DNA from: Nitrospinales bacterium
GTDB taxonomy: Bacteria > Nitrospinota > Nitrospinia > Nitrospinales > VA-1
Assembly: GCA_965262115.1 (NCBI GenBank)
Contig: OZ253496.1
Coordinates: forward strand, 1,984,001 to 2,048,000
DNA: 64,000 nucleotides
Direction of reading: 5' to 3'
The position numbers and the translations under genes are program-made. The notes beneath the pieces were generated by a model that worked only from the letters and a program-made list of their open reading frames with translations, ran no database searches and had not been told where the DNA came from. Each line of letters begins with the position of its first letter. Positions within the stretch are counted from its first letter, which is position 1. Positions 20,905 to 32,936 of this stretch are shown here, piece after piece.

Positions 20905-20949
20905 TAGGCTATTTTTCTTCAAATTTAACTTACACTAAGGATTATCAGA

Positions 20950-21591
20950 ATGAGCCAATATAAGGTCTTACCTGGGCCGGAGGCATTTTTACCTCCTGCT
21001 GCAGCATCAATGGGAAACGTCTTGCCTGATCCTGGGGAAGCGCATATAGAAGGCAAGGTTGTGCCCGTGGATGAGGCTTATGAAGTTGCCGCCAGAAAGA
21101 TTTTAGGGGCCAAAGTCCCAACTATTTTTCCAGGACCTTTGGTGCTGTGGAAATGGAACGATCACGTGGCGGAGAAAGCTACAGGCCTTCGGGAGCTGGC
21201 TAATGAGGTTCCGATGCGGTTGATCCCCATGGCTGACTATCGGCCCAAATATCCCAAGATTGAAGCGGAGTTTGAGATCAACCCCAACCATCCGAATTTG
21301 ACCATCTGGCATAACAAGATCGATGTCTGTATTTTTATTGGGGTTCATTGCCATATGGCTAATTTATCTCTAAAGATTATCCGCGGGGGCACGAGTTGTT
21401 ATACAATAGCAATGTGCGCCATGGCCGGGCATGAAGACGCGTGTCTCTCTTTTCGTGATGCGGATCTGGCAATGATTAGCAAACTTAGGGAAGCTATTAA
21501 AAAATTGAAATCGGAGGGTGTGGAATCTCAGGCCATTCCGTTTCAGCAATTTAAAATGGGCCGGTCCGGCGTCATCGAACAACCGGCTTAA
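20950..21591 (+). CDS. forD: Five-subunit 2-oxoacid:ferredoxin oxidoreductase, delta subunit
   Basis: PGPEAFLPPAAASMG and EINPNHPNLTIWHN; first gene of a D-A-B-G-E order. Confidence 0.75.
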   Translation: MSQYKVLPGPEAFLPPAAASMGNVLPDPGEAHIEGKVVPVDEAYEVAARKILGAKVPTIFPGPLVLWKWNDHVAEKATGLRELANEVPMRLIPMADYRPKYPKIEAEFEINPNHPNLTIWHNKIDVCIFIGVHCHMANLSLKIIRGGTSCYTIAMCAMAGHEDACLSFRDADLAMISKLREAIKKLKSEGVESQAIPFQQFKMGRSGVIEQPA

Positions 21592-21670
21592 AATATATAC
21601 CAGGTTGAAAATCTGTAGAAAGTAATTTTTTCATCATTTTAAAGCACTCTTTGATACGGGAGTAAATTTT

Positions 21671-22909
21671 ATGAATAAAACAGTGGAGCTTAAGAATAAA
21701 AGGATCATAGCTTCGACCCATGAAAAACTAGGTCAGAAAAACAGAATGAATCAGACTTATACGGATGTTAATGACATCTTTTATAAGGCTGAGCAAACAC
21801 CCAGTTTCCTGACCGGTAGTGAAGTCATTCGCGAAGCCATCAAACGAGCCAGTGTGGGAACTTCCGTGGCTTATCCCATCACTCCTCAGAGTGAAGCGGC
21901 GGCTTTGATCGGCGAAATATATGCGGAAGGCTATCTGGACGAATACTTTCGTGGTGAGAGTGAGTTTGCAGTTATGGGGCAATGTGCAGGTGCAGCCTTT
22001 GGTGGACACCGGGTTTTTACTACGACTGCGGGTCCGGGTACTCTGCGGGCCATGGAAAATTTCCCCATGTGGGCCGGGGCACGATTGCCGATTCAGGTTT
22101 GTGTGACTTGCCGGGGAGTGAATTCTCCTCTGAGCATTCAGCCCGATACGTTGGAAATGTATTACCTGCTTGAGACGGGAATGCTGGTCTGGCATGCTGA
22201 AACGGCGCAAGACCTTTTTGATTTTATATTGAAAGGTTTTATCGTTGCTGAACAACCTGATGTGCATGTCCCGATTGCGGTATGCTGTGACGGTTTTTTC
22301 GTGACCCACACCAAGGATACGGTAGAACTTCCTCCGTTGGACCTGACACTGACTCCTTATGATCCGTACAGAAATCCGCAACCGGTTATGGATATGGAAA
22401 CCTCTCCGTTCCGCATGATGCGCGATCCGTTTGTCATGAAATCCAATTACATCAGTTATGCCACCCATGCTTCATGGCAACAGGAAATCAGGTCAGCGGT
22501 TGAGCGTTCCCGCAAGCACACCATTCCTCTTCTGGATGGTTTGATTGACGAACAGAACACGGACCGGGAGATTCTGATTGTGGCCTCTGGAACTGCAGTA
22601 TCGCAGAGCCGGGAAGCCATCCGCCTTCTTGAAGAAGACGGTGTTAAGGTGGGACTGGTTAAAATAAAAACCATTCGTCCGTTCCCCACTGAAGAGATCA
22701 AGCGGGTTACCAAAAACGCGAAACATATTTTTGTTCCAGAATTTAATGTGACCGGTTGGCTGGCTCGGGAAATCAAGGCCATCATCCCGGATAACGAAAA
22801 GGTTTATGAGGGGCCGCATGTTTGCGGTGGCATGACCTTACCTTGCGAGGTTATTGTGGAACAGGTCAAAATTCATTTGGGCATGGAAACCGAGAAACTC
22901 AGGATGTAA
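21671..22909 (+). CDS. forA: 2-oxoacid:ferredoxin oxidoreductase alpha subunit
   Basis: AYPITPQSE, ESEF, FTTTAGPG and DGFFVTH motifs. Confidence 0.85.
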   Translation: MNKTVELKNKRIIASTHEKLGQKNRMNQTYTDVNDIFYKAEQTPSFLTGSEVIREAIKRASVGTSVAYPITPQSEAAALIGEIYAEGYLDEYFRGESEFAVMGQCAGAAFGGHRVFTTTAGPGTLRAMENFPMWAGARLPIQVCVTCRGVNSPLSIQPDTLEMYYLLETGMLVWHAETAQDLFDFILKGFIVAEQPDVHVPIAVCCDGFFVTHTKDTVELPPLDLTLTPYDPYRNPQPVMDMETSPFRMMRDPFVMKSNYISYATHASWQQEIRSAVERSRKHTIPLLDGLIDEQNTDREILIVASGTAVSQSREAIRLLEEDGVKVGLVKIKTIRPFPTEEIKRVTKNAKHIFVPEFNVTGWLAREIKAIIPDNEKVYEGPHVCGGMTLPCEVIVEQVKIHLGMETEKLRM

Positions 22910-22979
22910 CGGTAGTTTGCCTGAGCTAATTTTATAAAGTTACCTTTCCCAAATCGGGAAATTAATTTAAGAGGAATTT

Positions 22980-23888
22980 ATGAGCAAGGAAAAAATCCAA
23001 ATATGTGAAGATCTGGCAGATATCATGCCGCCGGAGTATCAGGAACTGGTTGCAACGGCCACTTTTGGCAATCAGGATCGTGGCTGGAAGGACATCGGTT
23101 CCTCCAAAGAATTGATCGAGCAGCATTCATTGTGTGCGGGTTGTCCTGAGTCCATCGCTTTCCGTTATATTCTGGCCAGTTTGCCGGCTCCAGAAGATAC
23201 GGTATTTGTCGGTTCCACCGGTTGTACCAGCCTGGTGTTCCCACATGTTGCGGTGCATAACATCCATTCTTTGTTTGGCAATCAGAATGCCATTGCCTCC
23301 GGTTTGAAACGGACTTTGGCCAGCCGATTTCCGGATCAAGAAAAGGATGTCGTGGTTCTGGCAGGAGACGGGGCAACCGTTGATATCGGGTTGGACATGA
23401 CCATGCAGTCCTGGTTCCGTCTGGAAAAGTTCACCACCATTTGTTTTGATAATGAACTTTATGCCAACACGGGCGGTCAGGAAAGCGGCCTGATGCAGAA
23501 AGGCTTTGTCGCCAAGATGGCTCCGAAAGGCAAGAACTTTGAAAAGGTGCGTTTGGCGGAAATTGCCCGGGAAGCGGGTTGTGCTTATGTAGCTGTCTTG
23601 ACAGTCAGCAAACCCAACCGGGTGGAGCAGGTCATTAAAAATGCTATTTATGTGGCGCGGGAAATAGGCCCCACGTTTGTTCAACTTTATACTCCTTGTA
23701 TTCTTGAGATTGGCAAGCAGAGCATGGAAGGTTTGGATGAAATGAAAGATTCCGAAACCATTGGTGGTCGGTTTGTTCAGAAGGAGTACATTACCGAGGA
23801 AGCCCAGAAGCTTCTGGATGTTATTAAAGAAGAAACCAAGGAAAGAAAAAAAGCGGCTAAAGCAGCTAAAAAGCCGGTCAACGCTTAA
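22980..23888 (+). CDS. forB: 2-oxoacid:ferredoxin oxidoreductase beta subunit (TPP-binding)
   Basis: CAGC, TGC and GDG...DNELYANTGGQ motifs. Confidence 0.85.
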   Translation: MSKEKIQICEDLADIMPPEYQELVATATFGNQDRGWKDIGSSKELIEQHSLCAGCPESIAFRYILASLPAPEDTVFVGSTGCTSLVFPHVAVHNIHSLFGNQNAIASGLKRTLASRFPDQEKDVVVLAGDGATVDIGLDMTMQSWFRLEKFTTICFDNELYANTGGQESGLMQKGFVAKMAPKGKNFEKVRLAEIAREAGCAYVAVLTVSKPNRVEQVIKNAIYVAREIGPTFVQLYTPCILEIGKQSMEGLDEMKDSETIGGRFVQKEYITEEAQKLLDVIKEETKERKKAAKAAKKPVNA

Positions 23889-23908
23889 GAAATAGGAGTG
23901 TTAATACT

Positions 23909-24592
23909 ATGGCAAGGATGAATATCCGGATTTCCGGTTTGGGAGGGCAGGGGGCAGTTACAGCCGCGCATCTATTGGCTATGGCTGCCAATCGAGATGG
24001 TAAATTTTCTATTTCGAATCCCTTTTTTGGCGCTGAAAAACGCATGGCACCCGCCGAAAGTTATTGCAGAATAGGAACTGAGCGTATCTACGACCGGGGT
24101 GAGCTGGTATTCCCAGATATCATCATGGTGTTTCACGCTCAGGTTATTACCATGCAGAAAAGTTACACGGCTCCCTTTTATTCCGGAATCAAGGAAAATG
24201 GTCTGGTCATTATTAATACCCCGGCCGATCTCCTAACCGATGAAGATCATAAAAGGCTGGAAGACCTCAATGTGAAGGTGCTCAATCATGATGCGACCAA
24301 GTTGGCTCTGGAAATCGGGAAAACCGAGCTTTCCACCAACATGGCAATGATCGGGGCCTGCGCAGGCGTTACAAAAATTGTATCTATTGATGCTTTAGAT
24401 GGTGCCTTGCAGGAGCGTTTTGGTAAAAAGTATGTGGCTTCCGGGGGTACCGCAACACTTGACGAAGCCATCAAGAAAAAATATGCCAAGAAAGAACAGC
24501 TTCTAAAGGCCAATATGGACACCATCATTGAGTCCTATAAGTTAAGTGAAGAATGGGCCAAGACGCAGGACTTGCAGTTGGTAGAAGTTTAA
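23909..24592 (+). CDS. forG: 2-oxoacid:ferredoxin oxidoreductase gamma subunit
   Basis: GLGGQGAVT, FGAEKR and NMAMIGA motifs. Confidence 0.85.
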   Translation: MARMNIRISGLGGQGAVTAAHLLAMAANRDGKFSISNPFFGAEKRMAPAESYCRIGTERIYDRGELVFPDIIMVFHAQVITMQKSYTAPFYSGIKENGLVIINTPADLLTDEDHKRLEDLNVKVLNHDATKLALEIGKTELSTNMAMIGACAGVTKIVSIDALDGALQERFGKKYVASGGTATLDEAIKKKYAKKEQLLKANMDTIIESYKLSEEWAKTQDLQLVEV

Positions 24593-24655
24593 TCGTTTTT
24601 AGTTAAATCAGTCGGTATTTGGTTTTAACCTTTTTTAATTGAGGAGAGTTTCGAA

Positions 24656-24937
24656 GTGTATAACATTGCTTGGGTAGATAATGATAAATGTATCGCTGAA
24701 AAAGGTTGCCGACTGTGCATCATGTACTGTCCAGAAGCTGATACCATTATGCTGGATGAGGCCACGACAAAGGCTATAGTGATTGAACCCCGTTGCAAGG
24801 GTTGTGACCTATGCAAGGTGGTTTGTAGCACCCATAATGCAATTACAATGTTTCCTGTGGACGTGATAACGGGTAAGGTTATTATGGGTGGTCAAGAAGC
24901 TGAATCGGCTGCTTTAGGCCAAGCCTACTCCGGCTAA
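24656..24937 (+). CDS. forE: 2-oxoacid:ferredoxin oxidoreductase epsilon (4Fe-4S) subunit
   Basis: C....GCRLCIMYCP and CKGCDLCKVVC; GTG start after GAGGAG. Confidence 0.8.
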   Translation: MYNIAWVDNDKCIAEKGCRLCIMYCPEADTIMLDEATTKAIVIEPRCKGCDLCKVVCSTHNAITMFPVDVITGKVIMGGQEAESAALGQAYSG

Positions 24938-24957
24938 AGACCTCGAAAATGTATTGG

Positions 24958-24989
24958 ACCCATGGCCCCCGGGTCATGGGTTTTTTTTT
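24958..24989 (+). terminator. Rho-independent terminator of the for operon
   Basis: ACCCATGGCC-CCCG-GGTCATGGGT stem followed by a T run. Confidence 0.85.
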
Positions 24990-25084
24990 GCCTGTTTGAG
25001 ACGTGATATTTTTAGAACCGGGGCTAATTTCCCTCATCTAAACAATCAAACTATTAATTTTAATGCATTCTGAGGAACAAACGG

Positions 25085-25852
25085 ATGGTTGATACATTTC
25101 AGAAAGAAGTGCAGTGTACTCTCTGCCCGGAGATTTTTGAGCCTGTCATTGAACCTGAGGAAGGGGACAAAACCTATCTGATTCATTGTTCCTCATGCGT
25201 TCGATGTATATCGGTGGCTGGCAATAACCCGGTGCGGATTGCCTTCCGTGAGGTGTTGGGGTTAAAAGGGGAGGCCCTGGCCCTGGCTTTTCAAAGTGTT
25301 CTGGCTCCCTGTGTGTGCGGAGGCGAGTTCAATCATGACGCGGGTAAGCGATGTCCCAAATGCCTCTACAAGATCGAGAGGGAAGACCGGCGGATTAATA
25401 AGTCCAGGGATCAGGACGTAGATTTTACTTGTCCCTGGAACATGGCGGAATTGAAAAAATCGGAAGCCAAGTTTTTCGAGTATATATTCCAAAAAGTGGA
25501 ATCGAAAGAAGAAAATCTGAAGCAGTTGATCGAGAAATTCGAGTTGGGCGAGATGGACGCGGAAACCTATATGGAAGGATTGGATTCCCTCCGGTTCAGA
25601 GAGTCGACTCAGGTATCCGTCATCCAGGCTTGGGCGATGATTCTAGGGTCGGATATGGCTTTCCGTGCTGCGGAAGAACATGGCCTGGTTGACCGTTATG
25701 GTTCGAGAATCCTGGTCAGCATTGCCAGCGCAATGGAAATAAGTGAAGGCAAAGCCGTCCTTGCCACACTGGCCACGGAAATTAAAAACTGGGATGGTCC
25801 CATCGAAAGAGAACTGAATACCTTCATCGCCAAAATTGGCGGCGGCTTCTAA
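25085..25852 (+). CDS. Hypothetical protein with N-terminal Cys (Zn-ribbon-like) motifs
   Basis: CTLC, CSSC, CVC and CPKC motifs; GAGG RBS. Confidence 0.7.
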   Translation: MVDTFQKEVQCTLCPEIFEPVIEPEEGDKTYLIHCSSCVRCISVAGNNPVRIAFREVLGLKGEALALAFQSVLAPCVCGGEFNHDAGKRCPKCLYKIEREDRRINKSRDQDVDFTCPWNMAELKKSEAKFFEYIFQKVESKEENLKQLIEKFELGEMDAETYMEGLDSLRFRESTQVSVIQAWAMILGSDMAFRAAEEHGLVDRYGSRILVSIASAMEISEGKAVLATLATEIKNWDGPIERELNTFIAKIGGGF

Positions 25853-26109
25853 CCAGCCAACGGCCGGTGGTCGTGATATTCTTCCTATTATATTCATGGC
25901 CTAAGGGCCAAAGTGCTCTGAACTGCGGTCCGCGTTAATCCGATGTATCACGTCCGCCACGACCGATAATGGTTCTTGAGAATACCAAAGACATGTTCCA
26001 AATTAGGCGTCCAGCAGAGTCCCCTGTTGATTATGAATCCCTATGACTCAAACTGAGTATTTAACGGGGACAGTAACTTTTCGTAACGGTCTCCCAGTTG
26101 AGAACGAAA

Positions 26110-26318
26110 CCGGCTGATTGTTGATTTATGGACCGCAAGTATATTAGCGATCATTATCTGGCTATGACCTGTTGTCAAAAGAGCTTCAATCTGATACCAT
26201 CGCCCCGCAGTGTGTCACAGCATCATGGATGCTTCTCTTATCGGCGAGAAAAACCACGATGTTACCGCAGTTTACCCTTGCACCAACAAGTCGAGTCGCG
26301 CTTACAAGTTGAATTCGG
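26110..26318 (-). mobile_element. IS30-family remnant (left IR plus N-terminal HTH fragment)
   Basis: Minus strand reads RWYQIEALLTTGHSQIMIANILAVHKSTISR (26202-26110), typical of IS30 transposase N-termini; IR-like CGAATTCAACTTGTAAGCGCGAC ends near 26318. Confidence 0.65.
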
Positions 26319-26352
26319 AAATTGTTTTAATAATCTTAGAGGAGAGGGAAAG

Positions 26353-26856
26353 ATGAAAATGAAAAAAAACTTGCTTATTTTGTTTCTTGCCGTTTGTTCA
26401 ATTTATTTTGGGATTTCTCCAGACACGTTAAAGGCAGAACCCAGAACCGGGGTTCAATTTGATAGCAGCGCCAATATTTCTATTATCCATTACGGGGATA
26501 ATTTTAGTTACGCGTTTGGCGGCAGTATTGGCTTGGGCCATGATGATAACCCTAAAAGCACGGAGGAAGTGGAAATAGGTATTTTCGCGAGAAAGAATTT
26601 TAAGGTAGAAGAGAAGACATATCTTGGCTTTGGTCTTAGTGGCGGTTTCAATTTTGGGGAGCGGGCGGGTGAAAAGATTAAATCAAGTTTCTATGTGGCA
26701 CCTTATTTCATCATTGATTATCATCTAAATAAAAATTTTATCGTTAATGCTGGTGCCGCTATTGTTAATCTAGAGCAGGAAAAAATAGGAGGAACAGCTA
26801 GAGTAACTTCGTTCAGCTATTTTGACCCATTCCTTGCTGTGACCTACCTTTTTTAA
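26353..26856 (+). CDS. Small outer-membrane beta-barrel protein
   Basis: Signal peptide MKMKKNLLILF; alternating beta strands; C-terminal VTYLF; GGAGAGG RBS; AT-richer than its neighbours. Confidence 0.75.
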   Translation: MKMKKNLLILFLAVCSIYFGISPDTLKAEPRTGVQFDSSANISIIHYGDNFSYAFGGSIGLGHDDNPKSTEEVEIGIFARKNFKVEEKTYLGFGLSGGFNFGERAGEKIKSSFYVAPYFIIDYHLNKNFIVNAGAAIVNLEQEKIGGTARVTSFSYFDPFLAVTYLF

Positions 26857-26934
26857 TCGAGATTTTTCAGGGACGACTAACTGGCAGGTTGCTGAAAAGC
26901 TCCTTCCTGTAGCTCGTCAATATTTATATCCCTC

Positions 26935-26951
26935 GGGGGGGGGGGGGGGGG
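26935..26951 (+). repeat. G17 homopolymer inside an inverted repeat
   Basis: AATATTTATATCCC-TC-(G)n-GGGATGTAAATATT. Confidence 0.85.
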
Positions 26952-27340
26952 ATGTAAATATTTTTTTCCTTCAGTCATTCGCGGAACATCCGGTCCGAGC
27001 GTACCGAATACAACACGATCAAAAGCAGGGCTTTCAACAAGCGATTCCGGAGGAATCGAGAGGGGAGTTCCCGTGTTGCTGTACATCGCCTTATTTATCC
27101 GTTCAGGACTGGCAGAGACCTTCTTTTTTGACGAGGGCCTAAAAAAACACCCTGAGCAGGGGACCGGCAAATATTTCCAAGACATACAAAACAGATTTCA
27201 ACCGTTGAGTTCATTTATTGATTTACCGGACAATTGAGTTTAAGATATGCACAAAATATTTTTACCATAATTAAAGAATTTTCCTGCATTTATTCAACCT
27301 CAACTTTTATTCCCGACCTTTTATTCAAGGAACCTGACTT

Positions 27341-28642
27341 TTGATACCACGATACTCATTGCCTGAAATGGCGGTCATTTGGGAGCCGGAAAACAAATTT
27401 AAAATCTGGCTGAAAATAGAAGTTCTGGCTTGTGAGGCTCTGGCCAAAAGAGGGGAAATCCCAAAATTAGCCTTGAAAGACATCCAAACAAAATCCCGTT
27501 TCAATGTGGAGCGCATTGATGAAATTGAACGGGAAGTTAAACATGACGTGATAGCGTTTTTAACCTGCGTGGCGGAACATGTCGGGGAATCGGCCAGGTA
27601 CATGCATATGGGAATGACTTCTTCCGATGTTCTGGATACCGCTTTGGCGGTGCAGATGAAGCAATCCGCAACCCTGATTTTGAAAGAACTTTCAGCGTTT
27701 AAGGATGTGTTGGAAAGGCAGGCGAAGAAATACAAGCTCACTCCCATCATTGGCCGGTCGCATGGTATTCACGCCGAGCCTTTGACTTTTGGATTAAAAA
27801 TTGCCAACTGGTATGAAGAAATTAAACGCAATCTCGACCGCCTCAAACGGGCACGGCAAACCATTGCCTATGGGCAGATTTCCGGCGCGGTAGGAACCTT
27901 TGCCTGCATCGACCCGGATGTTGAAGAATACGTCTGCTCCAAGTTGGGATTGAAGCCTGCCCCGGTTTCCAGTCAGATTATTCAGCGCGACCGCCATGCA
28001 GAGTTTTTCTCAACCCTTGCTATTATTGCTGGGACCATAGATAAAATTGCTACGGAAATTCGCCATTTGCATAGAACGGAAGTGTTGGAAGCGGAGGAGT
28101 ATTTTTCCAGCGGACAGAAAGGATCATCGGCGATGCCGCACAAGCGCAATCCAGTGATTACCGAGCAAATGTGTGGCTTGGCCCGGGTCGTTCGGGCAAA
28201 CGCTTTTGCGGCTATGGAGAATATGCCGCTCTGGCACGAACGGGACATCAGCCATTCTTCCGTGGAGCGGGTGATCGGGCCGGACAGTACAATTTTGATC
28301 CATTATATGTTGAAGAAAATGACATCGATGATGGATCGGTTGATGGTTTACCCTGAGAACATGATGCGCAACCTGGAAAAAACAGGCGGCCTGATTTATT
28401 CGCAAAGCGTTTTGCTCGCCTTGGTGAGAAAGGGCATCACCCGGGAAGAAGCTTATAAACGGGTGCAAAAAAACGCCATGCAAAGCTGGACCAACGGAAA
28501 AGATTTTTTAACACTATTGAAAAAAGATAAGGACATCCGGAAACTTTTATCCGCCGGAGAGATTGAACAGACTTTTAAATTAAAAACCCAATTTAAAAAC
28601 ATAGACCAGATTTTCAAGCGGGTCTTTAAAAATAAGAGATAA
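27341..28642 (+). CDS. purB: Adenylosuccinate lyase
   Basis: MIPRYS start; HDV, TSSDV, GRSHGIHAEP and GSSAMPHKRNP motifs. Confidence 0.97.
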   Translation: MIPRYSLPEMAVIWEPENKFKIWLKIEVLACEALAKRGEIPKLALKDIQTKSRFNVERIDEIEREVKHDVIAFLTCVAEHVGESARYMHMGMTSSDVLDTALAVQMKQSATLILKELSAFKDVLERQAKKYKLTPIIGRSHGIHAEPLTFGLKIANWYEEIKRNLDRLKRARQTIAYGQISGAVGTFACIDPDVEEYVCSKLGLKPAPVSSQIIQRDRHAEFFSTLAIIAGTIDKIATEIRHLHRTEVLEAEEYFSSGQKGSSAMPHKRNPVITEQMCGLARVVRANAFAAMENMPLWHERDISHSSVERVIGPDSTILIHYMLKKMTSMMDRLMVYPENMMRNLEKTGGLIYSQSVLLALVRKGITREEAYKRVQKNAMQSWTNGKDFLTLLKKDKDIRKLLSAGEIEQTFKLKTQFKNIDQIFKRVFKNKR

Positions 28643-28645
28643 ATT

Positions 28646-29350
28646 ATGGAACGTCTGAAAAAACTTTATGAAGGCAAGGCCAAGATTCTTTACACCACTT
28701 CTGATGCTGATTTGGTGATTCAGTATTTCAAGGACGATGCTTCGGCTTTCAATGGAGTGAAAAAGGGAACCATCATTGACAAGGGTGTGATGAACAACCA
28801 TGTCTCAAGCCGGATTTTTCAGTTTTTGGAAGGGGAGGGCATTAAAACCCATTTTGTTGAATGCCTCAACGACCGGGAAATGCTGGTTAAAAAGCTGGAT
28901 ATCATCCCTGTAGAAGTGGTGCTTCGCAATGTTGCGGCAGGTAGTTTATGCAAAAGGCTGGGGATTGAAGAAGGGCGGGTATTGGAAAAGCCCATTCTTG
29001 AGTTTTTTTACAAGAGCGACCCATTGGGGGACCCCATGATCAACGAGTGTCATGTTGATGTTTTCGGTTGGGCGACCAGGCAAGAGGTGGAGACCTTGAA
29101 GTCAGAAGGGCTTAAAATCAATAACCTGATGATCGACTTTTTTAAAGCCCGGAAAATTCGTCTGGTGGATTTCAAACTGGAGTTTGGCCGGCACAAGGGC
29201 GAAGTTCTTCTGGGGGATGAGATCAGTCCGGATGGATGCCGTCTGTGGCATTGGGACACCAATGAAAAAATGGATAAGGACCGGTTCCGTTTTAATCTGG
29301 GCAATGTGGAAGAAAAATATCAGGAAGTGTATGACCTGATTTGCCACTAG
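28646..29350 (+). CDS. purC: SAICAR synthetase
   Basis: LYEGKAK, IPVEVVLRN..AGS, LVDFKLEFG and DEISPD motifs. Confidence 0.97.
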   Translation: MERLKKLYEGKAKILYTTSDADLVIQYFKDDASAFNGVKKGTIIDKGVMNNHVSSRIFQFLEGEGIKTHFVECLNDREMLVKKLDIIPVEVVLRNVAAGSLCKRLGIEEGRVLEKPILEFFYKSDPLGDPMINECHVDVFGWATRQEVETLKSEGLKINNLMIDFFKARKIRLVDFKLEFGRHKGEVLLGDEISPDGCRLWHWDTNEKMDKDRFRFNLGNVEEKYQEVYDLICH

Positions 29351-29375
29351 GCGTACCCCCTTGTATGTTGTTCAT

Positions 29376-30533
<1,158 letters not shown>

Positions 30534-30582
30534 CATTTAACACAGTTGCTTCGGGGCATGAAGACAAATGAAGAGGACATCA

Positions 30583-30924
30583 CAAAGATAACTGCCGCCT
30601 TTTTTAATATGTCCCGCTCCATACGAAGGCGAGCGTTTTCTCGCCGCAACTGCTGCAACTCATCTCCCGGCTTAAGCTGTCCTTTGCCGGGAAACGCATT
30701 CCCCTGATCCTCCTCATACTCCTGTTTCCAGCGACCCAGAAGGGCAGAACGGATTCCCAGATCCCGGGACACCCGGGCAATGCTATCGCCTACTTCAATA
30801 ACCAATCGAACCGCTTCTAACTTGAATTCTTTACTGAAACTCCTGCGTTTGGTTCCCATAAAAACACCTCCAAAAGTGTATTATCCACACTTTTCGATGT
30901 GTCCACCAATTCAGGGGAAGATCA
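30583..30924 (-). mobile_element. IS3-family remnant (IRL plus orfA; orfB absent), copy 1
   Basis: IRL TGATCTTCCCCTGAATTGGTGGACAC; orfA from 30859 reads RRSFSKEFKLEAV...LRRENARLRMERDILKKA and is cut where the REP begins. Confidence 0.88.
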
Positions 30925-30952
30925 GATCGACGGGTTCAGGGTGGCTAATGAT

Positions 30953-31137
30953 CCTCCCCTCTCATGAGGGGAGGCCAGGAGGGGTGTGGATTTTTCTGAA
31001 GAAATTCATAATCCAACCCTCCCTCAGTCCCTCCCTATGAAGGGAGGGATGCAAACACTTCTTTCCCAGCCATCAAGTCCTCACATTGCATAAAAGTTTT
31101 AAAATCACCCCACCCCCTCTTTAAAAAGAGGGGGTTC
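30953..31137. repeat. Cluster of C-rich/G-rich hairpin repeats
   Basis: CCTCCCCTC-TCAT-GAGGGGAGG, CCCTCCCT-ATGA-AGGGAGGG and CCCCCTCTTT-AA-AAAGAGGGGG; relatives near 36825, 42405 and 51822. Confidence 0.7.
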
Positions 31138-31346
31138 ATTGAGGCTTTTTGGCGGTCGCGTTAGCGTCACCGCCACATTGGCTCCACGCCGAGTGGGGCA
31201 GAAAATGATTGCGAATCGGGTATTGAGTCCGGTATGATCCACTCCTACGCAGAGGGCGAACGTGTTCAAGACGGGCAATATCCCTGATTCGAGTTCGATA
31301 TGTCTCCCTTTGGCACTGGAAACCCTAAATTCCCCGGACATCAGCC

Positions 31347-31637
31347 ATGTATAAAGTGCATTTTGAGAGAGAAAACCGTACCATTCAGGTCGAGTCCGGA
31401 GAAAACCTTCGACAAGCGGCAATCCGCAATAAATTCAGTATTTATGACCATATTTACAAAGTTCTGAACTGTCGGGGACGGGGACTTTGTACCACCTGTA
31501 CTGTCCAGATTATTGCAGGAAACGTGGAACCCCGCAATGAAACCGAAACGGAAAAACTGGCCAAAAGGCCCGCAGACTTCCGCATGGCCTGCCAGATCAC
31601 CGTCAATGACGATCTGGTCGTCAAAACCCACCCCTGA
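31347..31637 (+). CDS. 2Fe-2S ferredoxin
   Basis: NCRGRGLCTTC...RMACQ. Confidence 0.9.
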   Translation: MYKVHFERENRTIQVESGENLRQAAIRNKFSIYDHIYKVLNCRGRGLCTTCTVQIIAGNVEPRNETETEKLAKRPADFRMACQITVNDDLVVKTHP

Positions 31638-31687
31638 AATAGCCCAAAACTATTTGACAACAAATCCCAAACGGCACAAAATACTAT

Positions 31688-32445
<758 letters not shown>

Positions 32446-32606
32446 CCCCAGCGTGACGCTGGACTCAGTGGCAAAATTTTATCTTCTGAGCAAAGAGCTG
32501 TCTCGGCTTGATCAGCTATTGCTATCTGCCCCCTGCGTAATATTCTTCCTTGGCCTTCGTGCCCCAGAGGGGTACAAGGGGAAAAATCTTAAGAGCAAGG
32601 GATATC

Positions 32607-32828
32607 ATGAAAGAAGAAGTCGAAGAAGTTCTGGAGAGTGTGCGACCCATGCTCATTAAGGATGGCGGTAACGTCGAGCTGGTGGACATTACCGACGGAG
32701 TTGTAAAACTCCGGCTCGTGGGATCTTGCGTTTCCTGCTCCAGTTCCACCATGACCCTGAAGATGGGCATTGAAAAAGCCTTAAAAAAAGCTATCCCGAT
32801 GGTACGTTGCGTTGAATCAGTAGAATAA
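32607..32828 (+). CDS. NifU/NfuA C-terminal domain Fe-S carrier
   Basis: VRPML..DGGNVELV...LVGSCVSC..STMTLKMGIE. Confidence 0.9.
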   Translation: MKEEVEEVLESVRPMLIKDGGNVELVDITDGVVKLRLVGSCVSCSSSTMTLKMGIEKALKKAIPMVRCVESVE

Positions 32829-32936
32829 CTATTCCTCTTTTCCAATTTGACCCAAGGCCCCTTGACGGAACATCGGGGCATATTTTTTTTCTGGTACCTT
32901 AATCCCCGATCTTTTCCCATCCAGGACAGAACCTTT

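Noticed and set aside
25955..26000. TDNGS resembling an integrase-core motif
   Set aside because: It is on the opposite strand to the IS30 relic, is immediately followed by a stop, and is too short to support.
26877..27185. 102-aa minus-strand ORF with poly-Pro
   Set aside because: No recognisable family, and the poly-Pro comes from the G17 tract.
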